Source: Verrucomicrobiota bacterium (GTDB taxonomy: Bacteria > Verrucomicrobiota > Verrucomicrobiia > Limisphaerales > CANJSG01). Taken from it: 52,942 nucleotides of DNA. Below, one piece after another: positions 29,239 to 41,141 of this stretch. Position 1 is the first letter of the stretch. Each line of letters begins with the position of its first letter. The stretch lies in NCBI GenBank assembly GCA_038209745.1, contig JBBQXJ010000028.1, positions 1 through 52,942 on the forward strand, read 5' to 3'. A program made the translations under genes and the position numbers. The notes under the pieces are model-generated. The model was not told the origin of the DNA. It did no database searches and worked only from the letters and a program-made list of their open reading frames with translations.

Positions 29239-30105
29239 ATGAAGCCGTTCCCGCTGATCGCCGCTCTCCTCGCCCTTGTCGTTCCTCTCCGGACACCGGC
29301 ACAACCTTCAGGCCTCGTCATCAAGGCCGTCCATGCTGCGAAGAACGTCTACATGCTGGAAGGTTCCGGCGGGAACATCGGCGTCTCCGTCGGACCGGAC
29401 GGCCTGCTGATCGTGGACGACCAGTTCGCGCCCTTGGCTCCGAGGATCGAGGCGGCGCTGAAGGAACTGAATCCGGGGCCGGTGAAGTTTGTCCTGAACA
29501 CCCATTTCCATGGAGACCACACCGGCGGCAACGCCTACTTCGGCCAGCACGCGCCGATCATCGCGCACGAGCACGTCCGCGACCGGATGCTCCAAGCCGC
29601 CGGCACCAACACGGCCGCCCTGCCGGTGATCACCTTCGACGACTCGCTGCACCTTCATTTCAACGGCGAGGAAATCCGCGTGATCCACGTCGCCGCCGGC
29701 CATACGGACGGCGACAGCATCATCCACTTCATGGGCGCGAACGTCGTCCACCTGGGCGACCAGTTCTTCTCCGGCCGGTTCCCCTTCATCGATCTCAACG
29801 CCGGCGGCTCGATCAAGGGCTACCTCCGCAACGTGGCCGACGCGCTGGAGACGATCCCCGAGGACGCGATGCTCATCCCCGGCCACGGCCCCCTCAGCAC
29901 GAAGAAGGAACTGCGCGAATTCCACGGCATGCTCGTCGCCACCACCGGCATCGTCGAAAAGGCCATCGCCGACGGCAAGACGTTGGAGCAAGTGCAGGCC
30001 GAAGGCCTGCCCGAGAAATGGAAGAGCTGGGACTGGCCGAGCATCTCCACCGCCCAATGGCTCGAAATCCTGTATCGCGGTTTGAGCAAGCCGTCTGGCA
30101 AATGA
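29239..30105 (+). CDS. MBL-fold metallo-hydrolase (cyclase-like), secreted
   Basis: Signal peptide from ATG 29239; GGNIG, VDDQF, NTHFHGDHTGGN, GHTDGD, H.GD, IPGHG. Confidence 0.92.
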   Translation: MKPFPLIAALLALVVPLRTPAQPSGLVIKAVHAAKNVYMLEGSGGNIGVSVGPDGLLIVDDQFAPLAPRIEAALKELNPGPVKFVLNTHFHGDHTGGNAYFGQHAPIIAHEHVRDRMLQAAGTNTAALPVITFDDSLHLHFNGEEIRVIHVAAGHTDGDSIIHFMGANVVHLGDQFFSGRFPFIDLNAGGSIKGYLRNVADALETIPEDAMLIPGHGPLSTKKELREFHGMLVATTGIVEKAIADGKTLEQVQAEGLPEKWKSWDWPSISTAQWLEILYRGLSKPSGK

Positions 30106-30181
30106 CCGCCAGTTCGTTCCGTTCGGCGGCGTTGAACCGGGCGACTGGGCGCTTCATCCCTCGTCGACTCAGCCCGTAGCC

Positions 30182-30732
30182 ATGCATCGAACGTCCTGAT
30201 TTCTCCGACCCACCATCGCCAGAACCATCGGCGCGGTTGCCTTGGCCTTCCTCGGATTGGGCGCGGTGTCGCGGATCGACGCGGCCTCCGCCAACTGGCC
30301 GACGTATCCGGGGGGGATGGGGCGAGCAACCGGTTCTCGGAGCTGAAGGAGATCAACCCGCGCAAAGTCCGGCGGCTGGCGGTGCCGATGCCAACAACCG
30401 GTCCCAGATCCAGTGCAATCCCTTGGTCATCGACTGTGGGCTCTGCGGGCGTCGCCGGATCTCCAAGTGTTTGCCCTCGCGGCGGGCACCGGACGGGAGT
30501 TGTGGACGTTCGATCCCAAGACGATTCCCGGCGTGACCGCGTCCGGGGTCAATCGCGGGCTCGTCTATTGGGCGAGCGGCGAGGACTGCCGGATTCTCTA
30601 TGGCAACGACCCTTTCATCCATGCGCTGGACGCGGGCCTGGGGCGTCCGGTGGCGGGCTTCAGCAAGGGCGGACACATCGGACGGGCGCAAAGAGCGGCG
30701 ACACCTATACGGCCTTCGCGTTGACGGAGTGA
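30182..30732 (+). pseudogene. Degraded PQQ-dependent (glucose) dehydrogenase
   Basis: Fragments in shifting frames: signal peptide with in-frame TGA, NWPTY.G, SNRFSELKEINP, SQIQCNPLVID, VFAL.AGTGRELWTFDP, VNRGLVYW, then directly the family C-terminus KSGDTYTAFAL*. Confidence 0.88.
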
Positions 30733-30792
30733 TGCCCGGACGATTCCGATCCCGGACGCGGAGATGCCTGTAAACGACCCTCGGATTCCCGC

Positions 30793-30822
30793 TTCACACC
30801 CGTCCCGCAGAATCATTAAACT
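30793..30822 (+). promoter_or_regulatory. Putative promoter of prfB-trpC
   Basis: TTCACA-18-TAAACT-9-ATG(30832). Confidence 0.45.
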
Positions 30823-30831
30823 GCGCGGACA

Positions 30832-31981
30832 ATGTTCGAAGCCGCCACCGCCCAGATCGCCGCCGCCGCCGACAAATTGAAGCATCTACGGAGGTTTCTT
30901 TGACGTCGCCAAATTGAACCAACGGCTGGGCGAGCTCGAGGCCCAGATGACGTCCGACACGTTCTGGGGCAACCGTGAGAAGGCCCAGAAGGTGATCGAC
31001 GAAACAAACTCGATCAAAAAGAAGCTCGACCCGCTCTTCGCCCTCGAACGGCAGCTGAGCGATTTCCAGATCTTGATCGAACTCGGCGAAGCGGAACCCG
31101 AAGAGACCCAGCTCGCCATGGAGAAGGAACTGGCGCGCGACATCCCGCCGTTCCTCGCCCAGATCGAGGCGAACGACCTGAAGGTCTTCCTCACCGGGCC
31201 GCACGATTCGAAGAACTGCTTCTTCAGCATCAACGCCGGCGCCGGCGGCACCGAAGCCCAGGATTGGGCCGAGATCATGTCCCGCATGTACAAGCGCTGG
31301 TTCGAATCCCGGGGCTGGGAATTCGAGGTCACCGACGCGTTGGACGGCGATTCCGCGGGTCTGAAGAGCATCACCTTTCGTGTCGAAGGCGAAAACGCCT
31401 ACGGCTTCTGCAAGGCGGAACGCGGAGTCCACCGGCTCGTCCGCATCTCGCCTTTCGACTCGAACAAACGGCGCCACACCAGCTTCTCCAGCGTGGACGT
31501 GATCGCGGAGATCGCCGACCTCGACGAAGCGGACGTGGTCATCCCGAAGAGCGAAATCCTGCGCGACACCTTCCGCTCCGGCGGCAAGGGCGGGCAGAAC
31601 GTGAACAAGGTCGAGACGGCCGTGCGCCTCACGCATCTTCCCACCGGGCTCGTCGCCGCCTCCCAGGCCCAGCGCAGCCAGGTCCAGAACGAAGCCACCG
31701 CGATGAAGGCGCTCGTCTCGAAGCTCTTCGCCCTGAAGCTCGACGCCGCCAAGTCCGACATGGACAAGTTCTACGGAGACAAGGGCAGCGTGAGCTGGGG
31801 CAACCAGATCCGGAGCTACGTCTTCCAGCCCTATCGGATGGTGAAGGACCTCCGCACCGGCGTGGAGACCAGCAACGTGCAGCTCGTGATGGACGGCGAC
31901 ATCGACCCCTTCGTCAACGGCTGGCTCCGCGCCGGCAGCCCGCTCAAGCGGATCCAAGGGATCAAGGATGAGGAGGACTGA
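30832..31981 (+). CDS. prfB: Peptide chain release factor 2, programmed +1 frameshift
   Basis: ATG 30832 MFEAATAQ...LRRFL, then CTT TGA C (30898-30904); continues DVAKLNQRL in the +1 frame; RISPFD, GGQNVNK, NQIRSY. Confidence 0.97.
30889..30904 (+). promoter_or_regulatory. prfB frameshift site
   Basis: CGGAGG TTT CTT TGA C: internal SD-like GGAGG, slippery CTT and in-frame TGA. Confidence 0.93.
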
Positions 31982-31984
31982 CCG

Positions 31985-32773
31985 GTGAACATCCTCGAAA
32001 CCATCGTCGCCCAGAAGCGGCTCGAAGTCGCGAAGCTACCCGCGCGGATCATCGCCGCCGGTGATCTGCGCGACGCCATGCTGGAACACGGCGAACGCCG
32101 CGACTTTTTCGCCGCGTTGGCCAACCCGCGCGTCGGCGACATCGGACTGATCGCCGAGGTGAAGAAGGCTTCGCCCAGCAAGGGCGTCATCTGTCCGGAC
32201 TTCGACGCGGTCCGGATCGCCAAGGAATACGAGGCGGCCGGTGCGAGCTGCCTGTCGGTGCTGACCGACGAGACGTTTTTCCAGGGTTCGCTCGACTGCC
32301 TCCGAGCCATCCGTCAGGCGGTCTCGCTGCCGCTGCTGCGGAAGGATTTCATCATCGACGAACGCCAGATCCTCGAAGCCATCGAGTGGGGCGCCGACGC
32401 CGTTCTGCTGATCGTCGCCATCCTCGACGACGACCGCTTGAAGCATTTCCACGCCCTCGGCACCGAAGCCGGTTTGGCCGTGCTGGTGGAGGTCCATGAC
32501 GAAGCGGAGATGGATCGGGCGCTGGCGATCGGGGCTCCTTTGATCGGGGTGAACAACCGGAACCTGAAGGACTTCGTGGTGGACCTGGGCGTGACGGAAC
32601 GTCTGTCGAAGATGCTCCGACCATCGACCCTTCTGGTGGCCGAGAGCGGCATCTCCACCCGAGCCGACGTGGAGCGCCTGAAGGCCAGTGGCAGCCGGGC
32701 GATTCTGGTGGGGGAAAGCCTCATGCGCAGCGGCGACATCGCCTCGGCCGTCGGCTTTCTCATCGGAAAATAG
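31985..32773 (+). CDS. trpC: Indole-3-glycerol phosphate synthase
   Basis: IAEVKKASPSKG, SVLTD..FFQGS, LRKDFI, GADAVLLI, GVNNRNL, AESGI, LVGESLM. Confidence 0.97.
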   Translation: MNILETIVAQKRLEVAKLPARIIAAGDLRDAMLEHGERRDFFAALANPRVGDIGLIAEVKKASPSKGVICPDFDAVRIAKEYEAAGASCLSVLTDETFFQGSLDCLRAIRQAVSLPLLRKDFIIDERQILEAIEWGADAVLLIVAILDDDRLKHFHALGTEAGLAVLVEVHDEAEMDRALAIGAPLIGVNNRNLKDFVVDLGVTERLSKMLRPSTLLVAESGISTRADVERLKASGSRAILVGESLMRSGDIASAVGFLIGK

Positions 32774-32774
32774 A

Positions 32775-32799
32775 AAGGCCCGCCGAAACGGCGGGCCTT
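32775..32799. terminator. Terminator hairpin between convergent genes
   Basis: AAGGCCCGCCG-AAA-CGGCGGGCCTT. Confidence 0.8.
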
Positions 32800-32826
32800 G
32801 ATGAGAAAGTTGAGACGTCGGACAGG

Positions 32827-33837
32827 TCAGGCCTGTTTGCGCCGGGCCTTGAGCAGCATCGCACCCAAGCCCACGGCCATGAGACCGATGGTGGCGGGTT
32901 CAGGGACGGAGGTCACACTCACATTGTCGATCAGGGTGAAGTCCAGTTGCTCAAAGAGATTGGCCGGAGTGCCCGCACCCGTGCTGGTGTCCGACATCCC
33001 AAAAAGGATGTTGTTCCCTCCCGGCGCCACCGTGAAACCCGCAGTGTCGACCGTGGCCAGAAGCGTTCCGTCAACCTTCCAAGTGACGGCGCTTCCCTCC
33101 TTCGTGATCTCAACGTCGTGCCAGGCGAAACCCGCCGTACCGGCCAAGGTCATGCCGCTCTGGGTGGTGGCAGAAATGGCGGTTTGCGCCGCCGGAGCCG
33201 AGAGCCCACCCGGAAACAGTGTCTGGTAGAGGCTCGCTGCGCTGTCCCGGGATCCGGCCGCATAGGTGACATTTGCGTCTCCTACTGCGTAGCTCGCCGG
33301 TTTGTCGGAGGAATAAACGCGGTAGTCCCCGGAGGAGGCGCCGTCGCCGGTCGAACCAAAGAAAACCGAATCTGCCGTCCCGGCCAAGTTTGGGGTCGCC
33401 CCGGCGCTGAGAACACCGAACGTCGAAAGCTGGGTGGAGCCGGAGCCGCCCGAAGCAGAACCGATCCCTGTCGTCCCGCTGCCGAGCCAATTGTGCCACC
33501 AGTAAAACTTCAGCGTGTAGTCTCCCGAGAAACTCTGGCCAGTCGGTGAAACGCTGATCCCAGCCAGAGCGGGGCTTGTGGCACCCCCTAGATTCGCACC
33601 CAGCTTGAGCCCGATGGTGCTGCCACCTGAATTTGGCGCCGAAGGAATCCCAAGCGCGCTGTAGTCGAAGAACAAGTTCGCAGCGTTAACGCCTTGTCCA
33701 TTGTTGTTCACCGTCCAGTTGGCCGAGTGATTGGCGTCGAAGTTCTCGCTGAAGAGGACCGACTGGCCATGGGAGACCGAGACGGTGGCGACAGAGACAA
33801 GGAGGAGTGCAAGTTTTGGGTTTGGGTTCTTATGCAT
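32827..33837 (-). CDS. PEP-CTERM sorting domain protein (Ser/Thr/Gly-rich surface protein)
   Basis: Signal peptide; C-terminal IDNVSVTSVPEPATIGLMAVGLGAMLLKARRK. Confidence 0.92.
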   Translation of the reverse strand: MHKNPNPKLALLLVSVATVSVSHGQSVLFSENFDANHSANWTVNNNGQGVNAANLFFDYSALGIPSAPNSGGSTIGLKLGANLGGATSPALAGISVSPTGQSFSGDYTLKFYWWHNWLGSGTTGIGSASGGSGSTQLSTFGVLSAGATPNLAGTADSVFFGSTGDGASSGDYRVYSSDKPASYAVGDANVTYAAGSRDSAASLYQTLFPGGLSAPAAQTAISATTQSGMTLAGTAGFAWHDVEITKEGSAVTWKVDGTLLATVDTAGFTVAPGGNNILFGMSDTSTGAGTPANLFEQLDFTLIDNVSVTSVPEPATIGLMAVGLGAMLLKARRKQA

Positions 33838-34025
33838 GGCTTACCTTTGGACTGCCAATACCGTGTGATCGAGGCCGTCATGGCAATCCCCTAGTTTGGG
33901 CCGCCGGGAGCCGCGCGCGTTCCAACAGCCGAAGCAGCCCCGGGAAATTTCCGAGGTCCCAAAAATCTCGCTCCGTAAAATGCCGTCCCGAAATTCAGGC
34001 AGCCATCCAGGCGGACACTGGGGCA

Positions 34026-34053
34026 TTGTGCCGGCCCGGGATTTGCCTAGGAT
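34026..34053 (+). promoter_or_regulatory. Putative promoter, leaderless geometry
   Basis: TTGTGC-16-TAGGAT-7-ATG(34061). Confidence 0.5.
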
Positions 34054-34060
34054 CCCACCC

Positions 34061-34195
34061 ATGCCCCGTTTGACACGGCAAGAGACGATGGTGTTGCTGG
34101 CGGTCGCTGGTCTGCTGTTGTTGGGCTTGTCGGCGAAATACTGGCATGTGACCCACATCGATGCAGCCCGATCCGCCGAAACAGCGGGTCCCTGA
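34061..34195 (+). CDS. Small single-TM protein (44 aa)
   Basis: MPRLTRQETMVLLAVAGLLLLGLSAKYWH...; promoter immediately upstream; 3 nt before the next ATG. Confidence 0.65.
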   Translation: MPRLTRQETMVLLAVAGLLLLGLSAKYWHVTHIDAARSAETAGP

Positions 34196-34198
34196 ACA

Positions 34199-34624
34199 AT
34201 GCAACAACCCAATTTCGAGGAAGTGCTGGAGGCGGTCGTGGCGCGGGATCCGCGCTTCACGGCCGACGCCTATCATTTCATCCGCGAAGGGCTGGACCAC
34301 ACCCAGAAACGGGTCGCCAAGACCGCCAAAGGATCGTCCCGCCACATCAGCGGCCACGAACTGCTGGACGGCATCCGCGACTACGCCCTCAAGCTCTACG
34401 GCCCGATGACCCAGACCGTCTTCGCGGAGTGGGGCGTGCGAACATGCGAGGATTTTGGCGAGATCGTCTTCAACCTGGTCGAAGCCGGCCTGCTCTCCAA
34501 GACACAGAAGGACTCCCGCGAGGACTTCAAGGGCGGCTACGATTTCGAGGACGCCTTCAGAAAACCATTTCTTCCGTCGGGCAAAACCAGCGCGGTGCGG
34601 ACCAGCAAGTCCGCCAGCGCCTGA
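34199..34624 (+). CDS. Minf_1886 family (Verrucomicrobia/Planctomycetes-restricted) protein
   Basis: DPRF..DAY.FIREGL, RHISG.ELL.GIR.YA...YGPM, WGV..CEDFGEIVFNLV, DSREDF. Confidence 0.88.
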   Translation: MQQPNFEEVLEAVVARDPRFTADAYHFIREGLDHTQKRVAKTAKGSSRHISGHELLDGIRDYALKLYGPMTQTVFAEWGVRTCEDFGEIVFNLVEAGLLSKTQKDSREDFKGGYDFEDAFRKPFLPSGKTSAVRTSKSASA

Positions 34625-34648
34625 TTGCCGTTCCCGAACCGCCCCATC

Positions 34649-37225
34649 ATGACATCCCCTTCCACCCCGTCGCAGGAACGTCCGCTCCTGCCCGCCGGAG
34701 TCTCCCTGACCACCCTCGACAACGGCCTCATACTCATCGTCCGCGAAGACCACAGCGCCCCGGTGGTCTCCGTCCAGGCGTGGAGCCGCACCGGCAGCAT
34801 CAACGAAGGCAAGTGGCTGGGTGCCGGGCTTTCCCATGTGCTCGAGCACATGCTCTTCAAGGGCACGAAGACCCGCCCGGCAGGGCGGATCGACCAGGAG
34901 ATTCAGGATGCGGGCGGCTACATGAACGCCTACACGTCGTTCGACCGCACGGTCTACTACATCGACGTCCCGTCGACGGGCGCCCGCACCGCGATCGACA
35001 TCCTTTGCGACATCGCCCAGAACGCCACCCTTCCGGCCGACGAACTCGCCAAGGAACTGGACGTCATCCGCCGGGAAATGGACATGTGCCACGATGATCC
35101 GGGTCGGCGCTCCAGCCGCCGGCTCTTCGAGACGGCCTACACCCGCAGCCCCTACCGTTTCACGATCATCGGCTATCCGGACATCTTCAACGAACTGAAG
35201 CCCGAGGACATCACCGCCTACTACCGATCCCGCTACGCGCCGAACAACCTGTTCTTCGTCGTGGCCGGCGACGTGAAACCGGAGGAGGTCGTCGCGCAGA
35301 TCAAACAGGCGTTCGCGGGAACCAAAGCCCGCCCCATCGAAGCCGTCGTTCTCCCGGATGAACCCCGCCAAACTGCGCCCCGCGAAACCATCGAGGAAGC
35401 GTCGATCGAGATCGCCCGTCTGCACCTCAGCTGGCACATCCCGGACCTGCGTGACTCCGACGTGCCGCTGCTCGACGTATTGGCCGGCCTGCTGGGCACC
35501 GGACGCAGTTCACGCCTCTTCCGCGAGATCCGCGAAAAGCAGGGACTGGTCACTTCCATCGACGCCTGGACCTACAATCCGGGTAATCCCGGACTCTTCG
35601 GCATCAGCGCCGTGGTCGAGCCGGCCAAGTTCGCCGCCGCCCGCGCCGCCATCTTCGGGGAGATCGACCGCGTCACCCGCGAGCCCGTCGCCGAGGCGGA
35701 AATCGCCAAGGTGGTGAAGCAATACGTCTCGGCCACCCTGTCTTCGCGGAAGACCATGGCCGGCCAGGCCCAGGATCTCGGCGGCAGCTGGATGGCCACG
35801 AACGACCTCGGCTTCAGCGAGCGCTATCTCGACGCCGTCCGCCGCGCCACGCCCGCTGAACTTCGCCGGGTCGCCCGCACCTATCTCACTCCGGAGAACC
35901 GCACGATCTACGCGCTGATGCCCAACGGCACCGCACCGAAAATCCTTCCGTCGAGCGAGTCCTCCACCGACAACGCCGTCCAGCTCTTCACCCTGAAGAA
36001 CGGGCTCCGCGTGCTCGTCCGCGAAGACCACCGCCTGCCCTTCGTCCAGATCGAGGTCGGATTCCGAGGCGGCGTGCTGGCGGAGACTCCGACCAACGGG
36101 GGTCTCACGCATCTCCTCGCCAAAATGCTCCTCCAGGGCACGCCCAAGCACAGCGCCGAACAACTGGCGAACGAAGTGGAGTCCCTCGGCGGCCACATCG
36201 ACACGTTCGGGGGCAACAACAGCTTCGGGGTCACCGTCGAGGTGCTCGACGAGGACTTCGCCACCGGCCTCGGTCTCGTGGCCGACGTCCTCCTGCATCC
36301 CGCGTTTCCCGCCGACGCCCTGGAGCGGGAGCGCACCATCCAGTTCGCCTACATCCGCGCCCAGCGCGACCAGTTGCTCCAGTCCGCGATCCGGGGGCTC
36401 CGCCGAACGCTCTTCGGCCCCACCGGGTATGGTTTGGATCCACTCGGAACCGATGATTCGGTCAAGGCGCTCACGGCCGAAACGCTGCGCGAATTCCACC
36501 GCCAGATCATGGTGCCGAACAACTGCGTGATCGCGATCTTCGGCCACGTGTCCTCCGCCGACGCGCTCAGCCGGGTCGAGAAGCTCCTGGGCCATTGGGC
36601 TCCCAATCCCGAGCTGGCTAAAGTGATCGATCGGCACGATCCAACCGTGAAACCGACCGGCAATCGCGCCTCGGCCAAACGGGACAAGAAGCAGGCCGTC
36701 ATGGTCGTCGGCTTCCCGGGCGTGCCGCTGAATTCTCCCGACCGCTACGCGCTCGAGCTCGTCCAGGAGTCCTGCAGCGATCTCGGCTCCCGCCTGTTCG
36801 TCCGGATCCGCGACGAGCTGGGGTTGGCCTACTATGTCGGCGCCCAGAACATGATGGGCATCCGCAACGGCTACTTCGCCTTCTACTGCGGCACCTCGCC
36901 GGAGAAGGCCCCTTTGGTCGAAAAGGAACTTCTGGCCGAAGCCGCCAAGCTCGCCGCCGACGGACTGACCGAGGAGGAACTGCGCCGCAGCAAGAACAAG
37001 ATCATCGGGCAGAAAAAGATTGGCCGCCAGGATCCGGGGAACTTCGCCATGAACACCATGCTCAACGAGCTCTACGGCCAGGGCTACAAGTTCATCGACG
37101 AGGAAGACGCGCATATCGAGGCCGTCACCCTGGAACAGGCCCGCGACGCCGCCCGCCGCTATCTCGTGGCGGAACGTGCCGTGGTGTCCGAGGTGCTGGG
37201 AGATCCGAACGGCACCGAAGAGTAG
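34649..37225 (+). CDS. M16 family (pitrilysin-like) Zn protease, fused two-half type
   Basis: LDNGL, HVLEHMLFKGT (HxxEH), NAYTSFDRT, SSRLFREIRE, second inactive half LKNGL...SRLFVRIRDELGLAY. Confidence 0.95.
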   Translation: MTSPSTPSQERPLLPAGVSLTTLDNGLILIVREDHSAPVVSVQAWSRTGSINEGKWLGAGLSHVLEHMLFKGTKTRPAGRIDQEIQDAGGYMNAYTSFDRTVYYIDVPSTGARTAIDILCDIAQNATLPADELAKELDVIRREMDMCHDDPGRRSSRRLFETAYTRSPYRFTIIGYPDIFNELKPEDITAYYRSRYAPNNLFFVVAGDVKPEEVVAQIKQAFAGTKARPIEAVVLPDEPRQTAPRETIEEASIEIARLHLSWHIPDLRDSDVPLLDVLAGLLGTGRSSRLFREIREKQGLVTSIDAWTYNPGNPGLFGISAVVEPAKFAAARAAIFGEIDRVTREPVAEAEIAKVVKQYVSATLSSRKTMAGQAQDLGGSWMATNDLGFSERYLDAVRRATPAELRRVARTYLTPENRTIYALMPNGTAPKILPSSESSTDNAVQLFTLKNGLRVLVREDHRLPFVQIEVGFRGGVLAETPTNGGLTHLLAKMLLQGTPKHSAEQLANEVESLGGHIDTFGGNNSFGVTVEVLDEDFATGLGLVADVLLHPAFPADALERERTIQFAYIRAQRDQLLQSAIRGLRRTLFGPTGYGLDPLGTDDSVKALTAETLREFHRQIMVPNNCVIAIFGHVSSADALSRVEKLLGHWAPNPELAKVIDRHDPTVKPTGNRASAKRDKKQAVMVVGFPGVPLNSPDRYALELVQESCSDLGSRLFVRIRDELGLAYYVGAQNMMGIRNGYFAFYCGTSPEKAPLVEKELLAEAAKLAADGLTEEELRRSKNKIIGQKKIGRQDPGNFAMNTMLNELYGQGYKFIDEEDAHIEAVTLEQARDAARRYLVAERAVVSEVLGDPNGTEE

Positions 37226-37246
37226 TCTGCCCGTTCCCGCAAAAAG

Positions 37247-37281
37247 AAAAGCCCATGGCATCGGACGCCATGGGCTTTTTC
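37247..37281. terminator. Bidirectional rho-independent terminator
   Basis: AAAAGCCCATGGC-7 nt-GCCATGGGCTTTT, flanked by A and T tracts. Confidence 0.88.
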
Positions 37282-37360
37282 GTTTCCAGTGTCCGCGCAG
37301 AACACCGGGGGCGGACTCAAATCAACTACGAGAGTAAACTGGCCGAATCAAGGGCGTTCT

Positions 37361-37421
37361 CCCCACCCGGCCTCCGGCCACCCTCTCCCCATCGGATGAG
37401 GAGAGGGCCTGGGTGAGGGGG
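37361..37421. repeat. CCCTCTCCC/GGAGAGGG-type intergenic palindromic repeat
   Basis: CCCCACCCGGCCTCCGGCCACCCTCTCCCCATCGGATGAGGAGAGGGCCTGGGTGAGGGG, a nested imperfect hairpin. Confidence 0.6.
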
Positions 37422-37459
37422 CTTCCCGCTGTTTTACCAAACTTCTTCCGTAGGCGGGA

Positions 37460-39565
<2,106 letters not shown>

Positions 39566-39781
39566 GCAGCTGCCCGCAAATTGCGGACCAATACCCTACC
39601 GGATCCAGGCCGGAGTGTGAGCTTTATTTTCAGGCCCAGATGGGACCCGGCAGACACGTTTCCTCCCGCTGTTCCCATGCCGGAACCGACTCCACCATAA
39701 AGAAGCGGCCGCTTCTGATTACAAAATTTTCCGGTCTTCCTGCTTTGCCTTCGCCCGCCGCTCTGACACCACAATACTTGC

Positions 39782-40486
39782 ATGATGAGCCCGTGGAGAT
39801 ACAACCGCAACGGCCAGCCCAGCGATCCCATCGATCAACCCGCCTTGGAAGGCCTCCTCAAGAACGGCATGCTGCCACCGGACACCCTCGTCTGGCGCGA
39901 AGGCATGGCGGAATGGACCAAGGCCACCACCGTGCCCGAGCTCGCTACGGCAATCACACCCTCTCCCGCCGAGACCACGGCCATCCTCCCTGTTCCGCCC
40001 GTTTTAGAAACGCCTCCCCATTCCCAACAGCCGACAGGGGGACCAAAAAACTCTTCACCGTCACCGAAACCCGCCCAACTGGCTGGCGGCACACCTCCGC
40101 CGCCCATCGGGCTGCCACCCGCGTCGGTCGGAATCAGCGCCGAAAACACGGATATCGAGCAGAACCGCGTGTTCGCGGTTCTGGCCTACATCGGGATCCT
40201 TTTCCTCGTTCCGTTGCTGGCGGCTCCGAAGTCTCGTTTCGCCCGTTACCACACCAATCAGGGGATCGTCCTCTTCATCGCCAATATCGCAGCTTCGGTG
40301 GCGACGATCCTCCTGCTTTTCGTTCCATTCGTCGGGTGCGTGGGCGGCATCTTGGCGGTCGCCCTCCCCGCTGCATCCCTGGTCTTCATGATTCTGGGCA
40401 TCGTCAACGCCGCCTCGGGTCTTTACAAACCGTTGCCGCTCATAGGCCACTACGAACTGATGAAGAGCGATCCGGGATCCTTGTAA
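39782..40486 (+). CDS. GYF_2 (DUF4339) domain membrane protein with DUF4870-like C-terminus
   Basis: W.Y..NGQ...P..DTLVWREGMAEW; Pro-rich linker; AVLAYIGILFLVPLL..SRFARYHTNQG..GIVNAASG..KPLPLIG. Confidence 0.85.
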   Translation: MMSPWRYNRNGQPSDPIDQPALEGLLKNGMLPPDTLVWREGMAEWTKATTVPELATAITPSPAETTAILPVPPVLETPPHSQQPTGGPKNSSPSPKPAQLAGGTPPPPIGLPPASVGISAENTDIEQNRVFAVLAYIGILFLVPLLAAPKSRFARYHTNQGIVLFIANIAASVATILLLFVPFVGCVGGILAVALPAASLVFMILGIVNAASGLYKPLPLIGHYELMKSDPGSL

Positions 40487-40490
40487 CCGA

Positions 40491-41078
40491 TCAGCCCGCC
40501 CGGATGATCCACTCGCGGCCGTAGACGCGCACCGCCAGATCGGACTTTTTCTGCGCGGCGGCCAACTCCCCCTCCAAAACGCCTCCCCGAACGGTCACCA
40601 TCACCTCGTTTGACCCGGTCTCCGCCGAAAGGTCCGCCACTTTCTGGCGATGCGTCCGATCCAGCCCATCCGCCACTCGAAGGAGGCCCGCCAGTTTCTC
40701 CACCCACCGGCGATCCGTCTCGGAAAGAGCCATAAAAGCCCCATGTTCAGTTTGGGGAAGGCTCTTGCGGTGATATCGGGCGATCTGGGCGAGCATCGCC
40801 ACTTCCCGGCCCGGCAGTGCGGTCCAAACACGCTCCTGGATCAAGCGCGCGGAGTGCTTGTGATGCGCCGTTCCGTCAGGAGAAACACTCCAGCCGATGT
40901 CGTGGAGCAAAGCGGCCGATTCAAGGAGGAATCGCTCCGTCGCGCCGCCCCCGTGCAGATCCATCAGGTCGTCATAGAGCCGTAACGCGAGACGCGCCAC
41001 CTGCCTCGCATGGGCCGGCTCCCGCTCCATTGCGGACATCAGGGAGGACACCTCTGCCCATGCCGCTCCCAAGTCCAT
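40491..41078 (-). CDS. Stand-alone HD-domain protein similar to the Ppx/GppA C-terminal domain
   Basis: HARQVARLAL.LYD, ALLHDIG, HHKHS, IARYHRK, LLRVADGLDRTH. Confidence 0.88.
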   Translation of the reverse strand: MDLGAAWAEVSSLMSAMEREPAHARQVARLALRLYDDLMDLHGGGATERFLLESAALLHDIGWSVSPDGTAHHKHSARLIQERVWTALPGREVAMLAQIARYHRKSLPQTEHGAFMALSETDRRWVEKLAGLLRVADGLDRTHRQKVADLSAETGSNEVMVTVRGGVLEGELAAAQKKSDLAVRVYGREWIIRAG

Positions 41079-41091
41079 GTCGATCAAAAGG

Positions 41092-41121
41092 AAAAACCCG
41101 CCGGCGCAGCGCGACGGCGGG
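41092..41121 (-). terminator. Possible terminator after the ferredoxin gene
   Basis: Minus strand CCCGCCG...CGGCGGG followed by TTTTT. Confidence 0.55.
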
Positions 41122-41141
41122 CGATGAAATTCAAGGCCGGA

